64,000 bases of DNA from an uncultured virus (IMG/VR IMGVR_UViG_3300034108_000261) (Duplodnaviria; Heunggongvirae; Uroviricota; Caudoviricetes), in the IMG/VR virus record IMGVR_UViG_3300034108_000261. The stretch is one strand, 5' to 3'. The stretch's first letter is position 1, and each line of letters opens with the position of its first letter. A program made the position numbers and the translations under genes. The notes beneath the pieces were generated by a model, which was not told where the DNA came from, did not search any database, and saw nothing but the letters and a program-made list of their open reading frames with translations. This document shows positions 9,402 through 18,921 of this stretch, one piece after another.

Positions 9402-12400
9402 TTAAAAATAAACGGCTTGACCAACAAAGTCTGAACCAAAATCACCGTTGACATAATCTTGAGTGTTAATAATTCCTGAATCAGTTATGCCAAGCATGTC
9501 CCCGATTCCTTTATTTATAATCATTCTTGAACTCTCATTCACTCCAACCATATCAATATGCGGAATTTCGTCTTCGATGAAAATAATTTCTGAGGTTTCT
9601 GCGCCATCTGCACTGGAGATTTGCAAAACCTTATTATAGTAGTCCAGAGTTGTTGCAATTTCTGTTTTAGTTAGAAGATTACTAATGATAGAATCTTCAG
9701 AAACAATAAATGAATCCGCCAAAGTCGGGAGTGCAGTTGTGATAGATTTGGCATCTGATGCAAAAATTGTTTCAGACAATACTTTATTGATTACAAATCC
9801 TGGACGCTCTATTGATATGCTTGCAGTGTCTGTGATAACTTTGCCAAACGAAATTATATCAATGATATCGGATGAACTATAAGAATCCGAAACGTTTTTA
9901 CCAAACGCAACTTCAATTGTTTCCTCTGCATTCCATGCAAATTCAGTACCACTATAATCAGGATTTGCCCAGAAATCTCTAGTAACCCAAAGCGGATCTT
10001 CTATTAGAGTTTTACCAAAATCGACTGCAGTAGTATGCGAGGTATAGAACGCATCATTAAATAGTCTAACATATTGAACAACTCTGCTGAAGGAATCGAT
10101 CAGAGTTGTTTCTTCGTCAAACTCTCTGACATATTGCACGACACGATCGAAAGAATCGGTCGACGATATTTCTTCATTAAAAAGTCTGACATATTGAACT
10201 ACACGATCAAATGAATCGCTTAGAGAAGTTCCTTCGTCGAACACTCTAAAATATTGCACGACACGATCGAAAGAATCGGTTGGTGTTGCAACATCGTTAA
10301 ACTCTCTGAAATATTGAACAACACGGTCGAAAGAATCGACCATAGAAGTAGCATCTTCTTCGGTATCATAGAGTCCCTTGTCGTAAAGTAAATCTACTGA
10401 ATCTGACAGATTTGTGAGATCAGAAAGAACCTTATAGAAGTGCACTTTTAGTAAGTCTGAATCTGCTGATGCATATTCAGTTGGGACATAGTCGGGAATC
10501 GCATAGTAAGATCTGCGCCCATCAACATTATCTAATAGAACCTTTTCAAAATCAACAGATCTAGTTTGGTCATTGATCACCGTAATGTCACCAAAGAATT
10601 CATTGAGCACTAGGATTTCTAGAACACCAATATAATCAACCATATCGATTGTCTGTGTGATGAGCAATTCACCAAATACCGCCATACCAGCAGGATGCAC
10701 AGTTTTATTAATTATTGGTAACCATGTATTCGAGGTCACGCCAGATTTAATTACGTAGGAATAGTTCTGGTAATAATAATTGTCTTGTAGTTTGTTGATG
10801 TTCGACAACATACCACGGGAATCTTTAAATCTACCTGCCTTTACGAGAACGGCACCAGTGGTAAATGCAAGAACTGCTTCACATCCATTTGGAGATATGA
10901 TGGTTGTTTGGAATTGTTCCTGCTCGAACTCGAATCCTGTATTGAAGATGGTAACAGCAGTAACGCATCCAGATTCATCAATGGATGAAATTCTAATCGA
11001 TGCTCTGTTATCGCGATTGACCCTAATATATTCATCACCAATATTGAAGAATGGATCATTAATACCATCAGCAAATCTTTCGGCATCATATGTTCCATAC
11101 TCTAATGGATTTGCATCGATAGCATCGATGAGAGTGTCTGTGACAGCAGACATCGGTGGATCTATTACGTATTGACCGACAACACTTTGCTCGTCGATTT
11201 GATAAATCTGCCCGACCCTAAATCCACAATCGTCATCGACGCCATCACCATCACAGGAAATAACTTCTACTGTAGATAATTGACGGATAACATAACCATA
11301 AATCGTATTGGGATCTGATGGCAGATGAATATGAGTTCGAATAGAGTCTGTAGAAAAGACTACTTCAATACTTTCTTCTTCATTCTCATCATCATTTTCA
11401 ATATAACCAGATCCACCTTGGATGACAGCAATCGTATCAACTTCACCATCTACAATGTTTGCACGAAGAACTGCACCTGATCCGTTTGTGCCAGTTAAAG
11501 TTATTTCTGGGGCAGCATAAAACCCTGATCCACCAGAAACGACTGTTACACTTGTGATTACTCCACTAGTTATGTTGAGTGTTGCAACTGCACCTGCACC
11601 TGGAACTTTTAGAGGAGAATTCTTAGGAAGTGATACATTGAGTTCGTAAATTGCTGGTAGAGTGTATGCTAGTTTCTTTACGCCAGTTACCGTCGTTTCG
11701 ATTGTCTTTGGAAAAATCTGAACGCCAGTATTTTCGTAATAAACTAAATTACAAATCTTACCTTGTAAGGTAAATGGATCAACGTCATCATCACCTTCGA
11801 TTATTCTAATAATAACATCTTCAATCCAAACACCATCTGATGCTTTTAGGATGTGCGTCGAGGGGTAAAAGAATTCTACCGTTTCATCATATAGGATCTT
11901 GAACAGAAGTTCGATTGAATCTTCTGCACCCTTAGATTCATAAAAATCGCGAATCAGTTTTACGAGTCTGCGTTGATTGACAAGCACATTTTTTGGAATG
12001 TCTACTGCATATTGCGATCTAAATTGCTCAATGAATGCTTCTAATGTAGTATCGACATCAGAATAATCTTTTGCGCTCAAAAGAAAATTGTTGACTTCTC
12101 CTGATTGATCAAGAAAACGATAATAACCTTCTAGAAAGGTTACGAATCCAGTATATTCATTTTGAACAAATTCGGGAAGTTGCTCCTGAATGAGAAACTC
12201 TAGTTTATTCTTATATGGAGGATCGCCAATTATTGCAGTTATTGATGCACCTTCCCCTTCATCATCTTCGATAGTGACAGTAGGGGGAGTAGTGAAACCA
12301 GATCCCTGATTGATAATATTCAATGCAGTAATTTTACCGCCAACAACAGTTGCTTCTACTGATGCGCCAATACCACCACCACCATCAATTTCAATAGTTG

Positions 12401-12476
12401 GCGAGACATAGTTATTCCCGCCTGAGATTATGGTAAATCCAGTAACAACTTTCTTGGATGGTGGAATAAGATTCAT
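9402..12476 (-). CDS. gp7: Baseplate wedge subunit, gp7-like, with C-terminal repeat extension
   Basis: QLPEFV...FLEGYY, FYESKGAEDSIELLFKILY and LQDNYYYQNYSYVIKS...VHPAGM motifs; position between gp6 and gp8. Confidence 0.7.
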   Translation of the reverse strand: MNLIPPSKKVVTGFTIISGGNNYVSPTIEIDGGGGIGASVEATVVGGKITALNIINQGSGFTTPPTVTIEDDEGEGASITAIIGDPPYKNKLEFLIQEQLPEFVQNEYTGFVTFLEGYYRFLDQSGEVNNFLLSAKDYSDVDTTLEAFIEQFRSQYAVDIPKNVLVNQRRLVKLIRDFYESKGAEDSIELLFKILYDETVEFFYPSTHILKASDGVWIEDVIIRIIEGDDDVDPFTLQGKICNLVYYENTGVQIFPKTIETTVTGVKKLAYTLPAIYELNVSLPKNSPLKVPGAGAVATLNITSGVITSVTVVSGGSGFYAAPEITLTGTNGSGAVLRANIVDGEVDTIAVIQGGSGYIENDDENEEESIEVVFSTDSIRTHIHLPSDPNTIYGYVIRQLSTVEVISCDGDGVDDDCGFRVGQIYQIDEQSVVGQYVIDPPMSAVTDTLIDAIDANPLEYGTYDAERFADGINDPFFNIGDEYIRVNRDNRASIRISSIDESGCVTAVTIFNTGFEFEQEQFQTTIISPNGCEAVLAFTTGAVLVKAGRFKDSRGMLSNINKLQDNYYYQNYSYVIKSGVTSNTWLPIINKTVHPAGMAVFGELLITQTIDMVDYIGVLEILVLNEFFGDITVINDQTRSVDFEKVLLDNVDGRRSYYAIPDYVPTEYASADSDLLKVHFYKVLSDLTNLSDSVDLLYDKGLYDTEEDATSMVDSFDRVVQYFREFNDVATPTDSFDRVVQYFRVFDEGTSLSDSFDRVVQYVRLFNEEISSTDSFDRVVQYVREFDEETTLIDSFSRVVQYVRLFNDAFYTSHTTAVDFGKTLIEDPLWVTRDFWANPDYSGTEFAWNAEETIEVAFGKNVSDSYSSSDIIDIISFGKVITDTASISIERPGFVINKVLSETIFASDAKSITTALPTLADSFIVSEDSIISNLLTKTEIATTLDYYNKVLQISSADGAETSEIIFIEDEIPHIDMVGVNESSRMIINKGIGDMLGITDSGIINTQDYVNGDFGSDFVGQAVYF
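10065..10345 (-). repeat. About 5 tandem 60-nt (20-aa) coding repeats DSFDRVVQY(F/V)R.F.E inside the gp7-like gene
   Basis: acacgatcgaaagaatcg-type units recur at 10141, 10201, 10261 and 10321 (exact 60-nt period), with a degenerate unit at 10081. Confidence 0.9.
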
Positions 12477-14392
12477 TATGTTGTAACCGTTACCTGTAGA
12501 CCCGTAGTAATATTAGCAGCAACATTAGCAGCACTATCTTGATCTAATTTGAGCAGAGAATTTCTAGAAATCGTAGGAATAATTGCTCCCGTATAATCTT
12601 CGAGAGTTCTTGTTAAAATTTTAGTTGTAATATCTGCTGTGACATTTTGTGGTTTGACGTAAATTCTAAATGCATTTGCACCACCCAACAAAGAGATAAA
12701 ATAGCAGGTCGGTATAAGTATTTTGCCTGTTCCGTAATTTATTGTTCCGAAACTAGAAGATAGAACTACATCAGTGCCAATTTGTTTCAGGTAAATTGTT
12801 CCAGTTCCCAATGGATCTGGAGGAGATTGATCTGGAACATCAACCATATATGCGTCATAATAGGTATTATTTAACAACGTATTAAAATACGTAGAACGCA
12901 AACTATTTGGTTGCACAGGTTGTCCGAAATTTGGATCCAATCTGAATGAAATTTGATTTGATACTACACCAGTGAACCGTTTATGTAAAGTAAGATCAAT
13001 ATTATTCGTAATGATCGAACTAGAAGTATCCATGATTTCTGCACTCAATTTTGAATAGTAGAAATCTTGCGCAAGTTTATTCACATTAAGGTCGAAGTGA
13101 TCGATTACAGATTGTCTAACTCTAGTAGCAAGTTCGGATGAAGTTTCGAAAGTTTTCTTCTGATCATATTTAATTGTCGAATTAACACTGATGAATGTAT
13201 ATTCGGGATCAACAAAAACAGGTTGGATCGAGACTACACTCTTTGGTGCGATAATATCTCGCGCGATTGTATCCTTATCTGATTCTGTGATAACCGTGCC
13301 AGCAACTGGATCTAAACAAATAAACACTCTACCATAAATCGGCGGATCATTAATTTCTCCACCCCAAACACTGATAGAATTAATTCCAGGGAATCTTCTC
13401 TTAATCAGAGTTGCGTAGTCATCAGAGGTTACTGCACGATCTCTGGTTGTATTGAATTTTGGTGCATTGAATTTAATACTATCAATGCTCTCTGCTTGCG
13501 CACCACGAGAAGCACGTGTAATGACTTCTACTGTTTTAGTCTCTGTCGATCCAGTAAGGATATTACTCACAGAAAAATTGGATAAGTTATTTGCGCCATC
13601 TGCAGAACCAACAAAATATTCAACAGTAATAATATCACCGTATTCTAATTGCTTCCCTAAAATGTTATCGCCAAATACGATTTGGTATAAACCGTCATAA
13701 CCCATCTCAATCCAAAACACATTACTATTATTATCGATGTTAAGATATGTATCTGAATAATTGAAAGACGTAGTTATATCATCACTTGGGGTTTGAACAG
13801 AAACCGTAACCGTAGTAATATCTACATTTTTGTTTGGAATGATAAATGGTCCAGACAGAGTTGTACTATCTGCAAAGAATGTATTTGCGACTCTGTTGCC
13901 TTCGATTAATTTAATATCCCCGAATGTAAATGTTTTTATCGATCCATTTTGATCTGATACAGTAACAGTATAATCGTCATCAGGTTTAAATGAGTATACA
14001 CCACTTGGTACTAGGTCAGAAGGAATTCCTGTCGCAGTAAAAGAAGTGTTTTTAGATAATGTGAGAGAATCTGGACCGTAGTTTGCTGGTGCGACTACTT
14101 CTAATGAGACTTCTGCTCTTGCACAAGTCTGAGAATTTGGTAAATACCCCATTGTCTTTGCAATAGAAACAACAGAAGATCTTTTTAACGCACTATCGAG
14201 GAACATTTCATTAGCAAGAAGATGTGCAAGAGTAGCATTGTAGTGCGTATTATATGCAAGAACATCGAGTAGGACTGACATTGCAGATCCCTCGAAATTA
14301 TAATCTGAAAATTCATCCTGTGAAGCAAGATATTCTTTCAGGTTTTGCTTGATTCCGTGGAAATCAAGTTCTGTTACTCTAAGTTCTGCCAT
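12476..14392 (-). CDS. gp6: Baseplate wedge subunit gp6
   Basis: ELDFHGIKQNLK...DYNFEGS.MS.LLDVLAYNTHYN, FGDNILGK, RAVTSDDY, VWGGE..DPP.YG.V motifs. Confidence 0.93.
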   Translation of the reverse strand: MAELRVTELDFHGIKQNLKEYLASQDEFSDYNFEGSAMSVLLDVLAYNTHYNATLAHLLANEMFLDSALKRSSVVSIAKTMGYLPNSQTCARAEVSLEVVAPANYGPDSLTLSKNTSFTATGIPSDLVPSGVYSFKPDDDYTVTVSDQNGSIKTFTFGDIKLIEGNRVANTFFADSTTLSGPFIIPNKNVDITTVTVSVQTPSDDITTSFNYSDTYLNIDNNSNVFWIEMGYDGLYQIVFGDNILGKQLEYGDIITVEYFVGSADGANNLSNFSVSNILTGSTETKTVEVITRASRGAQAESIDSIKFNAPKFNTTRDRAVTSDDYATLIKRRFPGINSISVWGGEINDPPIYGRVFICLDPVAGTVITESDKDTIARDIIAPKSVVSIQPVFVDPEYTFISVNSTIKYDQKKTFETSSELATRVRQSVIDHFDLNVNKLAQDFYYSKLSAEIMDTSSSIITNNIDLTLHKRFTGVVSNQISFRLDPNFGQPVQPNSLRSTYFNTLLNNTYYDAYMVDVPDQSPPDPLGTGTIYLKQIGTDVVLSSSFGTINYGTGKILIPTCYFISLLGGANAFRIYVKPQNVTADITTKILTRTLEDYTGAIIPTISRNSLLKLDQDSAANVAANITTGLQVTVTT

Positions 14393-14782
14393 TTAGCGAG
14401 CTCTCTTTAAGAATGTTGAATATGTAATTGGTTCGGGATTGCCGACTACATAGAAACTGATGGTTATGTCATATTGATTAAGGTCAAAATTTGGTGACAC
14501 CTCAACCAATTCAAGTTTACATCTAGGTTCGAACTGAGTGATCAGAAGCGTAATTTGTGCCTCTAACATGTTTGCAGTAACGAGATCCATAGGTTCAAAC
14601 AACATCATATAAATCGGCGAACCAACAATATAGTTAAACGGTCTTTCACCGTTCGCAGTCAACAATAATATTCTAAGCGATTGCTTAACTGAATTGATGT
14701 CAAACTTCATCCCCAAGTCACCCGTTCCAGGATGCGGAGTAAAGGAAAGATCTAAATCTTTGTATATTCTGACTGTCTTCAT
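14393..14782 (-). CDS. gp25: Baseplate wedge subunit gp25
   Basis: YKDLDLSF..HP.TGD...SVKQS...LLT..GERPF...FEPR motif. Confidence 0.93.
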   Translation of the reverse strand: MKTVRIYKDLDLSFTPHPGTGDLGMKFDINSVKQSLRILLLTANGERPFNYIVGSPIYMMLFEPMDLVTANMLEAQITLLITQFEPRCKLELVEVSPNFDLNQYDITISFYVVGNPEPITYSTFLKRAR

Positions 14783-14788
14783 AATACT

Positions 14789-14796
14789 TATTTATA
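14789..14796 (-). promoter_or_regulatory. T4-type late promoter TATAAATA upstream of gp25
   Basis: Exact TATAAATA on the minus strand, 6 nt before the gp25 ATG. Confidence 0.8.
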
Positions 14797-14802
14797 TGCC
14801 TT

Positions 14803-17800
14803 TTAGTATTTTTTAAACGATCCATTTGCCGAAACACGTTTGTGATTATACATGGTAAAGTGTTGGTATCGATTCCCAGATTGTTTAAATGAGATATGAA
14901 TCCAGTGTCCGCCCGAAGGTAGATATTCTAGAAGAACTTGATCGTAAGGAACGTTTTTGATAATCCACTGCACAATCTCGTCATGATATTTCGCCTTACT
15001 CATACCGTTGAATTTCATATCAACTGCCTGCCCGAGCATATGCTGCGAGGTTGTTGATCCTCCAGATGGAATATAATCTCGGAATCCTGATGTGAAATAC
15101 ATTCCAGGGAACTTAGTTCTGATTGGATCTAAGCAGTTTACTGCCAAACAGCGCATGTTTGCAATCATGTCTGCTTTGCTGAATCCACCATACGCTCTCA
15201 ACTTACCCTTGACCATTACATCTTTTAAGGTAAATTTATCAGAGATTTTCATCCCATAATTTACGCCATTTGAAATGTTAATATCTGGGAGTTTGGTTCC
15301 AGTCTTAGTTACATTACATGCAGTAGGTGCGACCTTTCCGCTTTCTGGACTACTTGATCCATCTTCTCCAGGAGTCGCGCTATCCTCAATACCTGCAGCG
15401 TTGCTATCTGCAATACCATCTTCGCCATCATAATCCATACCCTTTGCTTCATCCGGAGAGACACCACCGCCACCTCCAACAAATTCAGGTTCACTTGGAG
15501 TCATCGGTGAAACTGGATCTGCAACAATAGTAATATCAGGAGGAGTACCATCCGATGCGGTCACCGCAGAACCTGCGCTTCCAGGATTTACTGTAATGAT
15601 TGCACCATCAACATTGGTAGCACCACCACCCTTAACATTCATCGTTGAACCTGCTTGGATATTTGTCTTACCAGATGCCTTGATGTTTGTCTCTGCGCCG
15701 TAAACATTCGCCTTCGCGTCGGACTTAATGTTAATATCAGAGGTAGCATCAATATTAATCTTGTTGTTGGACAGAATGTCCACGCTTGTCGCAGATCCAA
15801 GACGCCAAGAACCTGAAGTGGCAGAGTCAATATTACCATTGACATCCATTGAATAATCACCATCGACGCGAGTAGCAAAGGTTCCTTTGACAGCAAGGTT
15901 CATGTTGCCACCGACTTTCCAGTCAACGTTTCCGTGTGTATCGATATTCGTATTACCACCGACTGTAAGATTACAGTTGTTTGCTACATAGATATTACAA
16001 CTGCCACCAACGTGAACATTTGCCTTGCCTTCGATCGTAATAACACCATTGCGATCGATAACCGTATAACCGTCACCAATAATTTTATTTACCTGCGAAC
16101 CATCTGGTCGCATTTCTTGGAACGTGCCTGATTTATGATTTAGAGAAACACGTTCTGCATTCGGCGTATCATCAAATTCCATAGTGTGACCAGATTCACT
16201 CTGGTAGGTATGGTTGTATGGATACTCAGCAGCAAAGGCAGACTTCGGTTGAGAAACAGACTCGCCTGTTCGACCAGCAATAGGTTTCGAAGTTGTCCTT
16301 TGTGCATCATGTTGACCGTGGATCGTTTGATCCTGTGGTAGTGCTTTAGTTTCTCCTGGATTTTTCCCAACCGCGAGTGCATTGACATCACCGTTACCTG
16401 CTTCGAGATATTCTTTCTTGGGATAGACATTATTTGGATCTTTATATCCCTTTGTCGGATCAGTATCTCGAAGTCCCTCGTTTGTGGGTTGATTTGCCAC
16501 AGTTGGTTTTGCCTGAACAAGTTCTGCTGGGTTGGGTGCAGAGATTGTTGGTGATCCAGGTTTTGTTTGTAGAAGATCGTCTAATAATTTGTTTGCCGAA
16601 AACCCAACCCCAAAGAAATCCATGGAAGTTTTTCCACTAGAACTGGTTTTAATCAATCCATTTGCGAACTTAATCGCTGTGTCGATTCCCTGACCATTAG
16701 CAACAGACAGCATTCCCATGATAACATCTTTGGGTGAATCCGCTGTAATTGCCTTTGCAGAAAGAAGAGATTTGATATTTCTATCGAGCAAAGAAACCAT
16801 AGCATTGTTTTGGGAAGATGGATCGTTTAAAAATCCACCACCACCGCCGCCAAGATTAGTAATCTGCTCGATGTGAGCATCATCGATAATTTCTGTGACT
16901 TCTTTTTCATGTGTATCAACCAAAGAAGTAACTACAGAGACTGCATTCGTTAAATTTTCAACAGAAGGTGCTATTCTGAATGGATCAAAAGAAACATCAA
17001 TTGCTTCATTTACTGCAGATGTTTTTCTATCAATTTGGTTGGAAACTAATTCAAATGCAACCTTAGTTGCAGATGGAAGTTTGACTGAATTAGTAATTAA
17101 TGCAGTAGCAGATTTTACCGCAGAAGAAGTAAGTGTCTTTGTTATGGTGTTAACCATTTTATTTGTAGTGCTTAATACTTCATTCGATCCTGAGGCAGAT
17201 GTTGTCAATGCAATCTTTGTAGTAAGACCAGACCCCTCCTTAGAAAGAGTGTTTTTAACAGAAGAAACTGCGGATCCTACCGAACCGTTTGCTTGGTTGA
17301 CAACTGTATTTGCAATCGCTGCTGCACTGCCAATTTTCGCAGTCCAGATTTTAGGATCAGCGAGAGCAGCAAAGTTTAGATTATTACCAACATTACCAAT
17401 GTTCGTTGGAATCGGAAGTCCCAATTTATTAAGAGCATCAAGCGCAAAGTTTTTACCGAGGTTTTTACCAATCAATCCACCAAGACCAAACTTCGCGAGA
17501 GAATCAGATGACTGTTCTCTAATCCAAGTTTTCTTTGTCAGTATTGAAATGTCAGGAATATTCTTTTTAATATTCTCTAATGTTTTTTCGATAGCATTAG
17601 GCGCGACTGCACCAACAGTCTGTAGGGCCTCGAGATTGAAACCATATGCCCCGACTTTACCACTATCTGAAATTGTAGAATGTGAACCGCCGCCAACATC
17701 ATGCGCGATGGATCCCATCAATTGCTTAATTTCTGTCGCAGAAAGAACCTTGCTTATTTTAGTATTATCTAAAATTTTAGATAAATCTTGGTTGAGCAGA

Positions 17801-17811
17801 ACATCCAACAT
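14803..17811 (-). CDS. gp5: gp5 C-terminal part: long N-terminal extension, gp5 beta-helix needle repeats and C-terminal peptidase M15-like domain
   Basis: YPYNHTYQSESGHTMEFDDTPNAERV...HKSGTF and V.G repeats (gp5 needle); C-terminal TSGFR...SQH..GQAVD...WIHIS (M15 zinc-peptidase pattern). Confidence 0.8.
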   Translation of the reverse strand: MLDVLLNQDLSKILDNTKISKVLSATEIKQLMGSIAHDVGGGSHSTISDSGKVGAYGFNLEALQTVGAVAPNAIEKTLENIKKNIPDISILTKKTWIREQSSDSLAKFGLGGLIGKNLGKNFALDALNKLGLPIPTNIGNVGNNLNFAALADPKIWTAKIGSAAAIANTVVNQANGSVGSAVSSVKNTLSKEGSGLTTKIALTTSASGSNEVLSTTNKMVNTITKTLTSSAVKSATALITNSVKLPSATKVAFELVSNQIDRKTSAVNEAIDVSFDPFRIAPSVENLTNAVSVVTSLVDTHEKEVTEIIDDAHIEQITNLGGGGGGFLNDPSSQNNAMVSLLDRNIKSLLSAKAITADSPKDVIMGMLSVANGQGIDTAIKFANGLIKTSSSGKTSMDFFGVGFSANKLLDDLLQTKPGSPTISAPNPAELVQAKPTVANQPTNEGLRDTDPTKGYKDPNNVYPKKEYLEAGNGDVNALAVGKNPGETKALPQDQTIHGQHDAQRTTSKPIAGRTGESVSQPKSAFAAEYPYNHTYQSESGHTMEFDDTPNAERVSLNHKSGTFQEMRPDGSQVNKIIGDGYTVIDRNGVITIEGKANVHVGGSCNIYVANNCNLTVGGNTNIDTHGNVDWKVGGNMNLAVKGTFATRVDGDYSMDVNGNIDSATSGSWRLGSATSVDILSNNKINIDATSDINIKSDAKANVYGAETNIKASGKTNIQAGSTMNVKGGGATNVDGAIITVNPGSAGSAVTASDGTPPDITIVADPVSPMTPSEPEFVGGGGGVSPDEAKGMDYDGEDGIADSNAAGIEDSATPGEDGSSSPESGKVAPTACNVTKTGTKLPDINISNGVNYGMKISDKFTLKDVMVKGKLRAYGGFSKADMIANMRCLAVNCLDPIRTKFPGMYFTSGFRDYIPSGGSTTSQHMLGQAVDMKFNGMSKAKYHDEIVQWIIKNVPYDQVLLEYLPSGGHWIHISFKQSGNRYQHFTMYNHKRVSANGSFKKY

Positions 17812-18914
17812 CAGATAAAGTTCCCGTTCTTAGTAAAGTTTTCCATAAAGCACTTATATAATTCTCGTTTGTGTTGGTGATTCTTATTAATATCAAGACC
17901 AGTTTGTTTAATCAAAATTTCAATGGCATTATCACCAACAAGAGAAGAAGTCTTTACTCCTTTATACTGATAAAATGCAAGGCAGCACTTGGCACTAAAT
18001 TCGACGCTGGAGTTTACTTTTTGTGGATTGGACACTAGATCCTCTCCAATTATCTTACCAATCTTCGCAAATGCATCTTTACCAGTTATTTGCACAAAAG
18101 AATGTCCACGGAATTTATAACCATCCAGTGGAGAGGTGGTAATAGTATTGCAATTGGCATTACCAAGACCCTTACTGGTATCACCATAGATAAAGTTTGC
18201 CATGGCAATTGGACCTGCTGACTTTAACTGACGAGCAAATGCTTCACCTCTATTACGAACTTTCCTGAAATTCTTCAGCATGGTCTTGACTGACCAATTG
18301 GTGTTTTCGGCAATAGGACTAAACGCAGATTCTACACCAGCGATTGCCAGAAATGCAGCAACTGCATTGTTGCTATATCCTGCTGCTCGACATGCTTTAA
18401 TGATTTGATTAATATTTGATTTATTACCACGCGCCATAATGTTTTTAGCAAAACTGCTGCAGTTGCAATTCTTTAACTTTTCTAGAGCAGCAGGATCGAC
18501 TTTATTAGAACTACCACTACCACTACCACTACCATCACTGCCTCCCGAGGTAGGAGAGTTACCTGATCCGTCACCCCCACCGCCGCTACCATTGCTCGCA
18601 GGAACAGCATTAATTGTCCCAACAAAAGCAGGTTGCTGACCTTCTGCGCCATCCATGAAGAATCCCCACACCCAAGTACCTTCTACTGGACCAGTTGGGG
18701 ACCAACCAATACCAGAAGTGCTGGCACTATTTGCGGGCATAATTGGCATCGCCCAAGGAAGATCGTCGGTTGGTAACTGTTCTTTATCATCTGTGTGATA
18801 ACCAAGAATTCGCAATCTTACGCGACCAATACGCATAGGATCTCCACGATCTTCAACACATCCGAAGAACCAATAAAAGTTTGAATCATTATTTGAAAAG
18901 AAATTATCTGCCAT
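17811..18914 (-). CDS. gp5: gp5 N-terminal part: OB-fold plus GH19/chitinase-like lysozyme domain
   Basis: WFFGCVEDR.DP...GRVRLRILGYH...LPWA...GTWVWGFFMDG...QQP (gp5 OB fold); ES...ANFIYG...LGN...DGYKFRG...QITGK (GH19-like). Confidence 0.85.
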   Translation of the reverse strand: MADNFFSNNDSNFYWFFGCVEDRGDPMRIGRVRLRILGYHTDDKEQLPTDDLPWAMPIMPANSASTSGIGWSPTGPVEGTWVWGFFMDGAEGQQPAFVGTINAVPASNGSGGGGDGSGNSPTSGGSDGSGSGSGSSNKVDPAALEKLKNCNCSSFAKNIMARGNKSNINQIIKACRAAGYSNNAVAAFLAIAGVESAFSPIAENTNWSVKTMLKNFRKVRNRGEAFARQLKSAGPIAMANFIYGDTSKGLGNANCNTITTSPLDGYKFRGHSFVQITGKDAFAKIGKIIGEDLVSNPQKVNSSVEFSAKCCLAFYQYKGVKTSSLVGDNAIEILIKQTGLDINKNHQHKRELYKCFMENFTKNGNFI

Positions 18915-18921
18915 TTTTATC

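Noticed and set aside
10065..10345. Regularly spaced repeats resembling a CRISPR array
   Set aside because: In-frame 60-nt coding repeats with synonymous variation; no unique spacers and no cas operon.
16895..17818. 307-aa plus-strand ORF
   Set aside because: Entirely antisense to the gp5 C-terminal gene, with no motif or RBS; typical codon-bias shadow.
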